Shown here: positions 29,515 through 44,258 of the stretch, piece by piece
Position numbering within the stretch: position 1 is the first letter of the stretch
Layout: each line of letters begins with the position of its first letter
Assembly: GCA_964016885.1 (NCBI GenBank)
Contig: OZ024748.1
Coordinates: 13,702,001 to 13,766,000 of the forward strand
Source: Eledone cirrhosa
Taxonomy: Eukaryota
Direction: 5' to 3'
Length of the DNA stretch: 64,000 nucleotides
Notes under the pieces: model-generated
What the model saw: only the letters and a program-made list of their open reading frames with translations
What the model was told of the DNA's origin: nothing
The model's database searches: none
Program-made: the position numbers and the translations under genes

Positions 29515-29885
29515 TTTGGTGAAAATGCATGCGAAACCTCCTTCGTATTTCCTATTGGGCACGTAAAACCAATGAATACGTGCTGAGTAAATTTTAAAAT
29601 TTGTGGGTCACCAGAAACCTCTCCTCTCCACTGTCAAGAGGAGGAAACTGGCGTCGTTTGGCCTCGTCACACGACATGACAGCCTTTCCAAGAGCATCAG
29701 GCAAGGCACTGTTGAGGGGACGTCAACTTGAAAACTAGTTGGACAATGTCAAAGAAAGGACGCAAATGACGACACCAAATTTGTTGACGGCCGTCGTTGA
29801 TAGACTATCTTGAGTGTGGACTGCTTCTGCAGTAGGATTCCCCCGACGATTACAGAAGGCAAGGGATTGATGATGATGATGATGA
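29515..29885 (+). mobile_element. RTE (BovB-like) LINE 3' fragment
   Basis: CMRNLLRISYWARKTNEYV...PLLSTVKRRKLASFGLVTRHDSLSKSIRQGTVEG, ending in a (GAT)n tail. Confidence 0.85.
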
Positions 29886-30529
29886 GGATGAGCCCATTTA
29901 ACCCTTGTTTGTGGATGATTTCCATTGGTTCTGAGGAATTCTTCCCCTCTTGTATCAGCTCATATAACAGCACACAGAAAAATCTGTGACGAAAGAACTT
30001 TCAGAAATTATATTTATATTTTTTATTGAGAAATATGACCCCCCCCCCCCCCCCCCCAAAAAAAAAAAATAATACGAAAACAGTTTCAACACAACATTTC
30101 GCATAAAATAAACTGCAGAACAGATATTTCTATAGATTTTCTAAAATTTATTTTTGCATTTATTGTTCAAATATCTCATTGTTTTAATATACACATTCAT
30201 GTGTGTTCATAAGTTCTGTTTCCTACAGTTTTAAAATGAGGCGTCCTGTGTGAACTGACATTTTCCATTCAGCTTTTCTTTTAAAAAGCTACTTTTCCCT
30301 AAATAGATATATTTTAATGGGTATACGATGTATTATTTACATGAATATACGAAAATGCGTGAGTGGGGGAGCAATCGGTTAAATGTGCAATAAGGAAAAT
30401 TTACAGAAGAAGAAGAAGAAGAAGAAGAAGAAGAAGAAGAAGAAGAAGAAGAAGAAGAAGAAGAAGAAGAAGAAGAAGAAGAAGAAGAAGAAGAAGAAGA
30501 AGAAAACACGATTGACGAATAGATTTATG

Positions 30530-31745
30530 CAAATAGCCTGGATATTTCAAACATTTAAATGCAGAAATATATGGCCAATTACTTTGGAAGTGATGCCGAT
30601 TGTGTAATAACCTCTGATACAGATTAAATGCAATTTACAGAGAGAAGCCGTTAAGGGACCTTGATCGACCATAAATGAAGTAATTTGAAAAGGCAGAAAT
30701 ATTAAACAATACTTGACATAAGTGCTAAAACATAACAGCAACATCGAAATAGTTCTGTTCTGAAGAAAGAAACGATAGTGTAAAATAGAAGGATGTAATT
30801 TAACTGTGTGGTATATATTTGGGTAAACTACTGAACATAATATTTCAAAATAATATAGCAACAAAAAATGAAATATAGGTGTATACCAGGTACCTCCATA
30901 AAAACACTTATTAGCAATACATACCATTTTCAAAGACCTCCCTGTATAGATAAGAAATGTATAATCTGTAAACTAAGCCACCATATTAACTGTAAAACTA
31001 GAAATGTAGTATATAGCATAAGATGTACTGAAGGACAATGAGAGATAAAATATAGTGTACATAGGTGAGACAGCTCGTAGTATAGGGGAACGGATAAATG
31101 AACACTGGCGAGAGCTTCAAGATAGTAAAGAATCATCTGTAAACCACCAACATGCTAAAATAGAACATAAGGGTAAATTAGAGAACATAAAAATAAAAAT
31201 AGAATCTGCATACAGAAAAGACGCAATGTTTATACAAATCACAGAGGCAATAAACATAAATTAACTCCAACCAAAATTAAATAGAAAACATGAATGGAAT
31301 AGCAACATCACAACTTACAATTAAGGACAAAATGAAAACACACACACACATAGAACAAACAACCAACCAGTAACATGTAAATAAACAAATATAAACACAC
31401 ACAGACACCCGGATGTAACACATGCGCAAACTAAGCACACAACAAAAACAAGATGGCGTAGGACAGAACAAAGGAGAGCCATAAAAGCAAAGAAAAGAAT
31501 CCCCAGTCACTGAAGAGGTCACAGAATGTGTGACGAAAGAACTTTGACAATATATGAACAATCGTCTGGTTATGGAACCAACCAACCAACCAACCGGAAA
31601 TTTATAAATTCCTAAATTTATAAATTTAATTTATAATAAATTGAAGTGAAAGCAACTGGTGCGTTTGTTTCTTATTGGCAACATGACCCTCCCAAAGCAT
31701 AACAATATTGGTTTCAACACGTGTTTTCAGATAAAGAATCTTGCT
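30530..31745 (+). mobile_element. Penelope-like element 3' fragment, family E (GIY-YIG plus pseudo-LTR)
   Basis: PPCIDKKCIIC...CKTRNVVYSIRC...VYIGETARSIGERINEH...HQHAKIEH...ITEAINI; 3' ~600 bp nearly identical to 55316-55917. Confidence 0.88.
31506..31548 (+). ncRNA. Minimal type I hammerhead ribozyme motif, family E
   Basis: gtca-CTGAAGA-g-gtcac(agaatgt)gtgac-GAAA-gaa-CTT-tgac. Confidence 0.8.
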
Positions 31746-31762
31746 AAACAGTTTCAGAAACG

Positions 31763-31808
<46 letters not shown>

Positions 31809-31821
31809 GTATATATGTATG

Positions 31822-31916
<95 letters not shown>

Positions 31917-31961
31917 GTATATATATATATGTATATATATGTATATATATGTATATATATG

Positions 31962-32058
<97 letters not shown>

Positions 32059-32106
32059 GTATATATATATATATATATGGAATTTAGTCTTCAAATTTAT
32101 TATTAT

Positions 32107-32157
<51 letters not shown>

Positions 32158-32212
32158 TATAGTAATAATAATAAATTTACTATATATATATATATAGTAA
32201 TAATAATAAATT

Positions 32213-32262
<50 letters not shown>

Positions 32263-32739
32263 ACATGCAAACATATGTAAAAAAAAAAAAACATCTAATT
32301 GCCTTCCAAGAATTTCTATAGAATTCTTTATCTTGGAATTTCTGTGAAAGTACTTCAAGAACTAAATAATTCCAAGACACATATAAGTCGAACAAAATCC
32401 AAAATTTCACAATATTTTTACCAAAAAATTCTCTATAAAAATCTGATTCTAACAACAATGGCATTATATATTAAAAGACCTTTGTAATTGAAAATGTAAA
32501 TTGCAAAAGTTCTGTCTACTAAACAAAAAAACAAAATTATTTACCAATAAAAAAAAAAAAAAAAAAAAATAATAATAATACCTATGTAATGGAGAACAAA
32601 TAAAAATTCATATCAATAATATCGATACTATTGATTATGATGATTTGAATAATAATTTGAATAATACTAATAACTGTCGATAACACCATTACATCAACCA
32701 AGAGCAACAACAAAAATAGTAAAAACATGCAACGATATT

Positions 32740-32759
32740 ACATGATGATGATGATGATA

Positions 32760-32808
<49 letters not shown>

Positions 32809-33297
32809 CGACGATGATGATGATGATGATGATGATGATAATGATGATGATAACGACGATGATGATGATGATGATGATATATATAATGATGATGGTGGTG
32901 ATGATGATGAAGGTGATATGTGATGATGATAATGACGATGATGATGATAAAGGTGATATATATTTGATGATAATAATATTAATATTAATAACAACAACAA
33001 CAACAGCAGCTACAGCAATAACTGTAATGATGGAATAACAGCAAAAACGTTTGACAATAATGGTGTTAATGACGATGATGAATAACAATGGTGATAAGAA
33101 TAAAGTTACTGATGATGATAATGATGATGATGATGATGTTGATGACGTTGATGATGTTGATGATGTTGATGATGTTGATGATGGTGGTGATGGTGGTGAT
33201 GGCGGTGATGATAATGATAATGATGATGATGATGATGAAAATGATAATAAAAATAATATTTAGTATGATTTCTATATAGAAATAGTAGTAGTAGTAT

Positions 33298-33336
<39 letters not shown>

Positions 33337-33444
33337 GAACAGCAGCAATAGTAGTAGTAGTAGTATTAGTAGTAATAATTGTGGTGATGGTGATGGTGGC
33401 GTTGGTGGTGCAGGTTTTGTAGGTGGTAGCAGTAGTAACAACAT

Positions 33445-33494
<50 letters not shown>

Positions 33495-33638
33495 AATATA
33501 ATGATCCATGATAAAATTGCTTATCTTGAACATTTGAAGGCGTTTACCATGGTAGGTAAGTATTTCCGAGAGCGACTGGAATTGTTCAAAGAGTGAAAAG
33601 GAAGGAAAGGAAGAAAAAAAGAAAGAAATAAAGAACGA

Positions 33639-33686
<48 letters not shown>

Positions 33687-33720
33687 ACGAAAGAAAGAAA
33701 GCGCTACAGATTTGAATAAG
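32740..33720. repeat. Compound (GAT)n / (TAG)n / (GAAA)n microsatellites
   Basis: Direct reading. Confidence 0.95.
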
Positions 33721-33828
33721 AACTTGGCTCGTGATTTCAAAAGCAAATTTATACATTTCCATATGAATATTTATCCATATAATTATATCCATATACACAT
33801 ATAAATATATATATACACACACACACAC

Positions 33829-33877
<49 letters not shown>

Positions 33878-33904
33878 TATATACATACATAGGTGTATAT
33901 ATAC

Positions 33905-33951
<47 letters not shown>

Positions 33952-33987
33952 CGTGTGTGAGTGTGTGTGCGTGTGTATAGGCATACG

Positions 33988-34034
<47 letters not shown>

Positions 34035-34569
34035 TATATATATACATACATATATATATATATATGCAGATATATAAGTATATATATTCATTTATATATA
34101 GTTATATATTTACATATATATCCATACATATATATGAGTGTGTTTGTATATGTGTTTCTGTGAAGTACGTACATATATATAAACACACCCACACACACTC
34201 AAATATGTACATATATATATATATATATATTTATATATATGTGTGTGTGTGTGTGTGCATGTGTGTGTGTGCATGTCTGTGTGTGTATATTTGTATGTAT
34301 GTGTATGTATGTATATATTGTACCAGATATAATAGCCTCTAAGTCTTACGCGTAGACAAAACGCCTAATGCTTAACTCAATAATAAAAGATATTAGTAAG
34401 ATTTGATATTATCGTATATATGTATACACACACATATATGTATGTGTGTATGTATGTTATCAGTTATGCGACGATGCATGTTTATATCTATGGAATGACG
34501 TAGAGCTTATATATATAGTATGTATAATATATAATATGTATAATATATAATATGTATAATATGTATGTA

Positions 34570-34603
<34 letters not shown>

Positions 34604-34741
34604 GTGTGTATATATATATGTTGAGACAGAGGCGAGAGAGAGACAATAGTAGTATACCGTATATATACATATATATTTATATTATAAATATTACAATTAA
34701 CGGAAAATATCTGTTCACAATTTCAAGAGAACCGGATGAAT

Positions 34742-34857
<116 letters not shown>

Positions 34858-34906
34858 CTGTGTGTGTGTATATATATGTATGTATATATATATGTATATA
34901 CATATT

Positions 34907-34977
<71 letters not shown>

Positions 34978-34981
<4 letters not shown>

Positions 34982-35037
34982 TTATTAAGTGAGATACTCT
35001 TAAAAATAGACACCGTCATTTTAATTAAACTAGTATG

Positions 35038-35092
<55 letters not shown>

Positions 35093-35163
35093 GTATATAT
35101 ACACATACTAGTTTAATTAAAATGACAGTGTCTATTTTTAAGAATATCTCACTTAATAATTAA
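34978..35163. repeat. Inverted duplication (~65 bp arms) centred on a (TA)n tract
   Basis: ttaattattaagtgagatactcttaaaaatagacaccgtcattttaattaaactagtatgt versus its reverse complement at ~35103-35163, with a few substitutions. Confidence 0.92.
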
Positions 35164-35727
35164 AATATTCTATTAAAATATTGTAAAGCTAGTGAAATCC
35201 TTGCATTTTTCTTGACGTTCTCTTTTGCCCCACATCCGCCATCTCTTTATTCTATTTCGCATTTATTTAAATCAATTACAATAATTTGTTCCCTTTATTT
35301 CCTTTAACTCGTTTCAAGCATACATTTCCTAAATTACGATGAGTTTATTCTAGCTATCTATCCCTTAATCTGTCCCGAATCCTTTAATGTGTGTTTTCCT
35401 AGCGCTGCAATTGTAGATCTTAGATAAATTCCAATTTCATAAATGCACTGCTTAATATAAACAAACATCCTGTGATTCTACATGCCCATTAGTCACACCT
35501 TTTTCGATTTATATATCAGTTATGTTATGCAATCCGTGTAAGTTCACATACATTTCGTTAAGTTAAGCTTTTAGATTATCGTTTATGACTGCGTTCACTA
35601 TTGTACTTTTGTGTTGGACCTCGCCGTTTAAAATAACCCAGGACAGTGTCTGACTATCGTTTTAGACGCTGTGCCCCCGAATAGACAACTTGGTAGATAG
35701 ATAGATTGATAGGTATATAGATAGATA

Positions 35728-37570
35728 AATTTCTTTATTAGCCACAAGGGCACAAAAGAATGGGACAAATACAAATGGGAAGTTTACATACAGGTATATG
35801 AAAATAAAACTATCAATAAAACAACAAATAACAATTGAAACCCCCAATAGGGGGAGGTATTACACAGGGGTTGTACACACCCGGAAAAATGTACAACCCT
35901 CATCTCCAGGAGCACCAAGAGTGAGCACTCCCTTCCTCTCTTCTTTTTCCTCAACCTACAGGCTTATATAGAGAGAAGGCCCAACCACTCGGGCCATCTT
36001 TGCCACATTCACCCACCTTAGCTGGGGTATAGCACCTCTCTCTCCATCCTGATTCTTCTTCCAAAATGATATTTGAAAGAAACGAATCAGTTGCTCGCCG
36101 GAGAAAAAAGGTGTCTGACCTCAGCCCTTTTAACCTCGTCCACCATATAACCTCTTTCACCATAGCCATAACACATAGGAAAACCGCCTCTCCCTGTGCG
36201 ACCTGATGTCGTTTAAGAGTCTGCCCTGTTTCCAGGGCATCCCCAAGCCGCGTACATTCACACATCCAACTCTTATATTAGCCATGTTGGTGCTGAAAAG
36301 TTAACAGAAGAGGAAAAGAAATCACTCAACTCTTCGTCTCCTGGGGACCAGGCTGCACAATTTCCATGGGGGTGTTGGAGGGGTTGTTTGGTGGGGTGAC
36401 GGTCTCTGGAGGGGTGGGGACAGAGATGTTTGGTGGGGATGGGGGTATCTGGTGGGATGGGGGTGAGGGTGCGGAAACATTTTAACAGGACTCGATTGTA
36501 GGGTTTGACGCAGGGGTTACCTACGTCGTTAGGAAATTTTTCTTTTAATTGTTTATGTGTGTCCATGGAGGTCCTAATCATTTTAAGATTCGGTCTCCAG
36601 CGAAAGGTTTTTATATATGGTGTGTGTTAAAGTTTTATTGTTAGTATTTATGTAGGTGTAACATTTTTGTTGTGTTGGGTTGATTTTTGTCTGTGGTTCT
36701 TGTATGTGTTTACGTTTTGTTGTAGGTGTTTTGTTTTCAGGAGGGGGTGTTTTTGTTTGTGCTGTTTGCGTCGCTTGTGTTGGTGTTTGTGTGTTTGTTG
36801 CATTTTTGTTTATGTTATGTCTTTTCTTTTTTCTTTTTACTGGTCGGAAAGGGTCTCCCTCATCGTCACCCAGTGACGATGATGAGGCCTCATCCGTGTT
36901 GTTGGGGAGGGGTACGTTTTGGGGAGCTGTTATGTGTGTGGGTGTTTCTGGAGTTGTTTTAGGTGGGGAGGGGTAGGGTGGGACTGTGTTTGTCGTTTGT
37001 TTTGTTGTCACTATTTTTTTTTTATGTTGGTGTAGTTGTTGTTGTTGTGGTGGTGGTGGTGATTGTTGTGCTGGTGTTGCAGGTGTTAGCAGTAGTGCCT
37101 TTTTGGGGCTAGTTAATTGAGGACAGGAAGCTCTCAGGTGACCCCTGCTTGAGCAGTGGTAACATGAGGGCCGCCTACCGACGACCGAAATATTTATGTA
37201 TATAAGCCCATCCAGCAACACACGTTCCGGCATCCTAGCTATTCGTTCTGGTGTCATTTGGACCAGAACTTCCAGGCTAGTTCCGCTGAACAGGTCGCCG
37301 GAGGACTTACCTACCGATATTATATAGTCTGTTGTGTTTTTTGTGAAGATGAGGTCAAAGAATTTGGCCATTTTGGCTATATTCAAAATTCCGGTAGAAA
37401 TTTTGTGGAATTTCTCCGTTTTTCGCCCTGATGGGCTTATTATTTGGGGTTGCTACCACCTACAAAGTGTAGGGTGGCAGCCTATCTACAAAATGGTGTA
37501 AGAATGCAGATTCAGAAATTAAAACATTTACTCACAAGTGCGTTTGCCACGTGTTAGACAGAATCCGAGA
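35728..37570 (-). mobile_element. Internally deleted L1/Tx1-like non-LTR retrotransposon flanked by (GATA)n
   Basis: ORF1-like 36583-37386 with zinc knuckle CYHCSSRGHLRASC after ISVVGRRPS; ORF2 C-terminal-like FLCVMAMVKEVIWWTRLKG (35951-36265); 3' end ccttgtggctaataaagaaa followed by TCTA repeats. Confidence 0.75.
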
Positions 37571-37605
37571 GATAGATAGATAGATAGATAGATAGGTAAA
37601 TAGAT

Positions 37606-37652
<47 letters not shown>

Positions 37653-37653
37653 C

Positions 37654-37691
<38 letters not shown>

Positions 37692-38252
37692 GTAGGTATG
37701 TAGGTAGGTACATGGCCAGAGAGGTAGTTAGATAGGTGGATAGAGAGAGAAAAAAGCAGAGAGATAGCGACTGAGATATACATTTACTAAGTTCGGATAA
37801 GGAGAGAACAGATAGATGAGTATTGTGGGAAGGTTAGAGAAGGAAGTTACAAAATTATGATGGGGGAGTGGGTGAAATAACATATATACAAACATACATA
37901 TATATATATAAATATATATATATATTAGTAGATAAAAAGTTAGATAGCTGAATAGACAATTATTTAGCAATTGTTAACTTCATCAGTTTTCCGCACATCT
38001 TAACATAGCTACAGATATATTTCTATATAGGATGTACTATATAGGATGTACTATATAGGATGTACTATAACCTTTTCAGTAAAATGTTATAGTTTTATGA
38101 CGAAATTAACTTCTTTTAATCTGCCATCGAGTTCTCTCTTTTTAAATCTCTCTCTATATATAAACGGTTTCATAAATTTGCACATATATTTGTGTGTATA
38201 TATATATATATACATATATATGTTATATATATATATGTATGTGTGTTATAAT

Positions 38253-38283
<31 letters not shown>

Positions 38284-38331
38284 GTTATAATATACATATA
38301 TATATATGTTATAATATATATGTATAATAAT

Positions 38332-38370
<39 letters not shown>

Positions 38371-39009
38371 ACATACACACCATTAAGTAGGCTACGTAGG
38401 CAGTAGGCATGTAGGTTGGCATATAAGCATGTGAAGACAAAAGACAATAGCATTTGAAACAAAGAAAGACGTAAAACTAGTGTTTCTACAATTCATTATT
38501 CATATACGTGACTTGGTTCAACCCTTCACTATTTCATTATTGGATTTTTAAATACATTTCGTTTGTTGCAACATTATTAATATTTTCTTCTGCCAATAAG
38601 ACATGAGCGATTTTTTTGTATTTAATTTTTTTACTTTATTATTATCTCAGCCTCGCAATTGAATAGGCTGGGAAGTTTCCATCGCAAATCTAATTCAATA
38701 GGAGAATACTAATATAATTTTATGGAAGCACAAATGCGTAGTAAAACTTCCTAACAGGTGGGAAGAAGTATAATAAATGAATATATGTAAGACAAAAAAA
38801 ACGGGGGTAAAAAGTGTAGAAAACAACGGAATTGTTATGTTCTTATGTAGAGTACGTCTAACTTCGTTAATACTTTCGTATAGATTCTCCTGCATGCATA
38901 TTTGCATATACATGCTCATGCTGCACGTGTGTATATGAATATATTTGTATGTATATATGTATATGCATGCATGTGTGTCTTTACATTGATACGTATGCAT
39001 ATATATATA

Positions 39010-39151
<142 letters not shown>

Positions 39152-39171
39152 AATATATATATATATATATG

Positions 39172-39240
<69 letters not shown>

Positions 39241-39256
39241 ATATATATATATGTAA

Positions 39257-39321
<65 letters not shown>

Positions 39322-39412
39322 AATATATATATATATATATATATGTAAATATATATATATATATATGTAAATATATATATATATGTAAATATATATACAT
39401 ATATATATATGT

Positions 39413-39451
<39 letters not shown>

Positions 39452-39496
39452 AATATATATATATATATGTAAATATATATACATATATATATATGT

Positions 39497-39535
<39 letters not shown>

Positions 39536-39556
39536 AATATATATATATATATGTAA

Positions 39557-39632
<76 letters not shown>

Positions 39633-40006
39633 GTATGTATATATATATATATATATATATATACATACGTATATATATATATTTATATATATATATATAC
39701 GTATGTATATATATATATATATACGTATGTGTGTGCTACTGAAAATATATGTATGTGTTTATTCGTATTTTCCTAGTTCCTAAACGCGTTGTTAATGCTG
39801 ATGCTTACATATGTATTTGTGGGAAAATTGAGAGAGAATATATAAGTTGTTAATGAAGGCAGTAGAACAATTCTAATCTGGGTCCTTCATATCGACTAAT
39901 TTACTTCACAAACACGCCATTTTGATTTTAGGCCGCTATTTTTCTGGCTTCTTTTAACCCTTTTTCTTGACAAGGAATTAATCAAGATTTTTTTTATTTG
40001 TATCTT

Positions 40007-40069
<63 letters not shown>

Positions 40070-40305
40070 TTTTCTTTATTAACCACAAGGGTTTACATAA
40101 AGTAGAATTAAGGACAGTACAGGACAATACAGGACGGTACAAATGGGCATTTCTGCGTGTAAAAAAAAACAGAGGATGTAATAAAATAACAAAGAAAAAT
40201 TCCCCAATAGGGGGAGACTTCCGAGGGACATTTGTGGAGAAAGCCCATTAAAAGACCACAGTGACCCTGACCACCAGGGCAAGTGCCCTCTCCCAGTTTT
40301 CCACC
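40070..40305 (-). mobile_element. 3' UTR fragment of a related Tx1-like family, abutting (TAA)n
   Basis: tttctttattaaccacaaggg...tacaaatggg...ccccaataggggga matches 35730-35855. Confidence 0.75.
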
Positions 40306-40514
40306 TTTAATTAAGAAGAAGAAGAAGAAGTAGTAAAAGAAGATAAAGAAGAAGAAAAACAAGAAGAAGAAGAAGAAGAAGAAGAAGAAGAAGAAGAAGA
40401 AGCAGAAGAAGAAGAAGAAGAAGAAATAAATAAATAAAGGTATTTTAGGTCTACTGCTGGAACATATTTGTAGGTATTTTGTGGTCGTACTTTTTCATCG
40501 TTAGTACAGTCGTT

Positions 40515-40870
40515 GTTGGTGATGTTGGTATAAATGGTTATGATGATGTTGATAATGAGGAGAAGGAGAGGAGGGATGTATATGTATATAATGATGATGA
40601 TGGTGATGATGACTATGGTGATGATATCGATGTTGATGTTGAGAATGACGATGCTGAGGTTGATGATGGTGAAGATGATGATGATGAAAAGGATGATAAT
40701 GGTGATGATGAGGTTGATGATGATGATGATGGTGAAGTTGATGTTTAGGATGATGATTGTGATGATGATATTGATGTTGAAGATGATGTTTAGAATGACG
40801 ATGATGATGATGATGATGACGGTGATATGATAATGATGATGTCGATGGTGATGATGATGATGATGATTTA
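40515..40870. repeat. Degenerate (GAT)n array
   Basis: Direct reading. Confidence 0.9.
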
Positions 40871-41093
40871 ATTTTCTTTCTTCAATCTTCTGAAGTAATA
40901 ATAGATTGATGATTCAACATGCTGTATAGATTGGTGCCTTTCCTGAAAACCCACAGCCTCTCCCATCCCTACCCTCAACCACCACAGCCACCAACACAAA
41001 CAGAAACTCAACCAGCACCCCATCACCACCACCAACGCCACAACCACTACCACAAACAGCACTACCAACACCACCAATCTCAGCATCACCACC

Positions 41094-41285
41094 ATTGTTT
41101 CTACTTTTGTTGGCACAAGGCCAGTAAATACACAGTGAATTACTGGTACTTTATTTTATCGACCCGGTAAGGATGAAAGGCAAAGTTAACCACGTCAGGA
41201 TTTGAACTCAGACCGTAAAGAGGTGTAACTCTATTATGCAAACATCGCGTCCGACCCTCTACCGATACAACCAACACACCCCCTT
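41094..41285 (-). mobile_element. SINE, near full length
   Basis: Same family as 606-805. Confidence 0.88.
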
Positions 41286-41404
41286 AAAATTAAATAATGT
41301 CCTGCCGTGTCAACGAATTTCCATATCGGAGAAAAAGGTTCGGAACAGTGTGTGTATGAGTGTGTGAGTGAGTTTGTGTCTATGTGTGTTTTTTTCTGTT
41401 TGTC

Positions 41405-41446
<42 letters not shown>

Positions 41447-42420
41447 TGTGTGTTTGTGTATGTGTGTGTGTGTGCCAGGTACTAGTGTGACATTTGAACT
41501 CAAATCTCATCATTTGGTTACCGATAGATAGCGAACAAGTAGAAGAGGAAGACAAAGAAGAAAAAGAAGAAAATGATGAAAAAGAAGAAAAAGAAGAAAA
41601 AGAAGAAAAAGAAGAAAAAGAAGAAAAAGAAGAAAAAAAGAAACAGAAGAAGAAGAAGAAGAAGAAGAAAAAGAAGAAGAAGAAGAAGAAGGAGAAAAAT
41701 AAAAATAAGAAGAATCGACAGAAGTATGCATTTGGTGCTATATTGTCGATATTTATGGCAAAAAAAGGGAGTGTTGATTGACTTCTGTGGGATTTGAACT
41801 CAGAGCGCAAAGAGGCGGAACGAATAACGGTATGTAGTGTTTATGTATCAAACGATTTAACGATTCCCTATCGCGCGGCAATTAGCCCGACTGTGTTATA
41901 ATAGCGTTACTACGTCCTAATAGGCAGTTAGGTTTGAAACGCTAATATCAAAATACCGGAACCTACTTGAGTAATTGATCAAATGTTAGGAAGGTTAAAG
42001 GGTTAAGCCACCTCCATAGCCCAGTATATAGTAGAATCTTCATATGTGATACTTGATAAAACTGTTATAAAGCTGAACATTGATTGAATTCTTATTAACT
42101 AAAAGCACTTGTCTTTGAAATGGTTCGCTGGTTGAAGATTTAATAAAGTTGATGAAATGATCTGAAGATAGCTGAAGGGTTTTTGTACTCAATGCTTAAA
42201 GATTATCCGTTGCTCCTATCTCTATTATTTATCTTTTTTGTATGTTATTTCATTAATAACAAAGTATTATCGATTCATGATAACATACTAAAACGTATTC
42301 TTTCTTGGTAAAAAAGAAAAATCTTCTTTTGAAAAAAAGCAAAGTTTATGACTACGAACTCAATAAAACAGGAACGAATATATCGGAAATAGATATATTG
42401 ATGCATTCATGTCATAGCTT

Positions 42421-42481
<61 letters not shown>

Positions 42482-42836
42482 CACGATATCCGTATGCATG
42501 TATATATATATGCACATTATATGTATGTAACAATTTATATATATATATGAATTAATATATATATATATATGTGTGTACATCTTAAATTTGATCTTATAAA
42601 GCTAGTGCAAATGGAGATGTTGTATGGGAAATGAATTGTGAACGAGTGTAACTTTACGAGTTAGTGGAGGCAAAATTTTTCACTTGTATGCTTGATTCCA
42701 TTTGAGAAATCAGAATGATTATGGACGTTATCAAAGTCAAAGAACAAGAAGCACCATTTCCCAATCCTATTCAAACGAAACCAACAGTACATAAACTGCA
42801 CTTAATCTCGGTTCATATTTTAGGCGTTAAATCGTC

Positions 42837-43705
42837 ATTATTATTATTATTCTTTGAGTCTCAATCATTGATGTTATTTAACTAGAAAGTTTGTTGAAAT
42901 GCATATCAAGCCGCTACCTGCAGCCTCAAATATTCAGGACGTATCGGAGGGTTCTTGCTGTTCCCAGCAAGCATGCCTTTTGAAGTGTTCCAAAAAGCGG
43001 GGCTGGACTAATTTTTTTTAACCATCCTTGGAAACTCTTTGAGATAGTACCGAGTGCGCCTATGACAATCATGACTTCATGGCAGTTCTAAATCCTTTTT
43101 ACCCCCCCCCCCTACACTTTAAGTCCTGGTATCGGTTAATTTTCTCCCTCTCCTTTTTTTTTCACTCTCGTGTCAAATGGGCAGGCTACATCTACAATCA
43201 GGTATGATCTTTTTTCCTTCTCATTCACCCTGCCCATCACATCAGGTCTCCAGCCTTTATAGTGAGTCTGGGCTAGGTGTTTACACTCGGATACAATGTG
43301 AGCCACAGTCTTCTCTCTCTCTCCACAGATCTTACACAGTGGGCTAGCCTCCTCCTTATAAATACGATGTTTCACCCACTTCGTTCTGAGAGCCTGCTCT
43401 TGCGCAGCCATTAGCATTCCTTCTGTAGCCTTTTAAGGTCTCCTTTTTTAACCAATTCCATATCTGTGGATCTCTGAATTCAGTTTTCTCAAAGAAGGTA
43501 CTATGAAGGGATTTTTCATGAAGGTTTCTCTTCCTCCTTGCTGTTATTTCCTCCCTGGACATCCCCTGGTCTACTGTCCTCTCCTTCAGTACAATTCTGA
43601 GCATTGGCTCCCTACTGTAAGTCATGTATTTGTGCAGGTTGTTTTTCTCCATCTGAACACAGTCCTCTATGCTGATAAGACCTCTTCCACCTTCAGGTCT
43701 CTTTA
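42837..43705 (-). mobile_element. R4/Dong-like restriction-like-endonuclease LINE 3' fragment
   Basis: LMAAQEQALRT, CCHC finger CKICGEREKTVAHIVSEC, RPD...YLIVDVACPFD, IVIGALGTIS, LQKACLLGTARTLRYVL*, then a short (TAA)n tail; frameshifted. Confidence 0.88.
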
Positions 43706-44089
43706 AGTAGAGTCTATCGACATCACTCCTCTATTTAAATCGATCCGAGTCTGTTACTGATATTTTATTTTATCCACCCTGTAAGGGAGAAAATCAAAGC
43801 CAACCTCGACAAGGTTTGAACTAAGAACGCCAAGACAAACTGCGTGCGTGTGTGTGAATTATTTTTAGTCAACATTATCCAATATTGAAATGATATTAAA
43901 GAAAGTAAAAAGAGAAATAGAAAATGTTGTGGGGCGAGGAGATAAATTAAATAAATAAATGGTTGGACAATTGTATGTGTGGTGGGGCTGTAAACTCTCA
44001 ATTCTTGGGCATTCATCGTTGATACCGACGAAGTACCAAGACATGTGGTTCGCACATCAATATAGAAAGGTAATATACACATTTAGTAT

Positions 44090-44258
44090 TGTTCTCAGAT
44101 GAGACCGGTATAAATATGATAACATAATGATATAGTAATGTACTCATTAATAAACAATATGGAAAGGTATCCCTATACAAGTCTGTTCCGTTCTCAGATG
44201 AGATCGGTATAAATATAACATGATGATATAGTAAAGTATTCATAAATAGACAAGATGT
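44090..44258. repeat. Diverged ~100 bp tandem duplication
   Basis: gttctcagatgaga(c/t)cggtataaatat...atgatatagtaa at ~44091 and ~44190. Confidence 0.8.

Noticed and set aside
29970-30005. gtgacgaaagaacttt matching the 3' half of the family E hammerhead
   Set aside because: No properly placed CTGANGA box or stem I; too short to call
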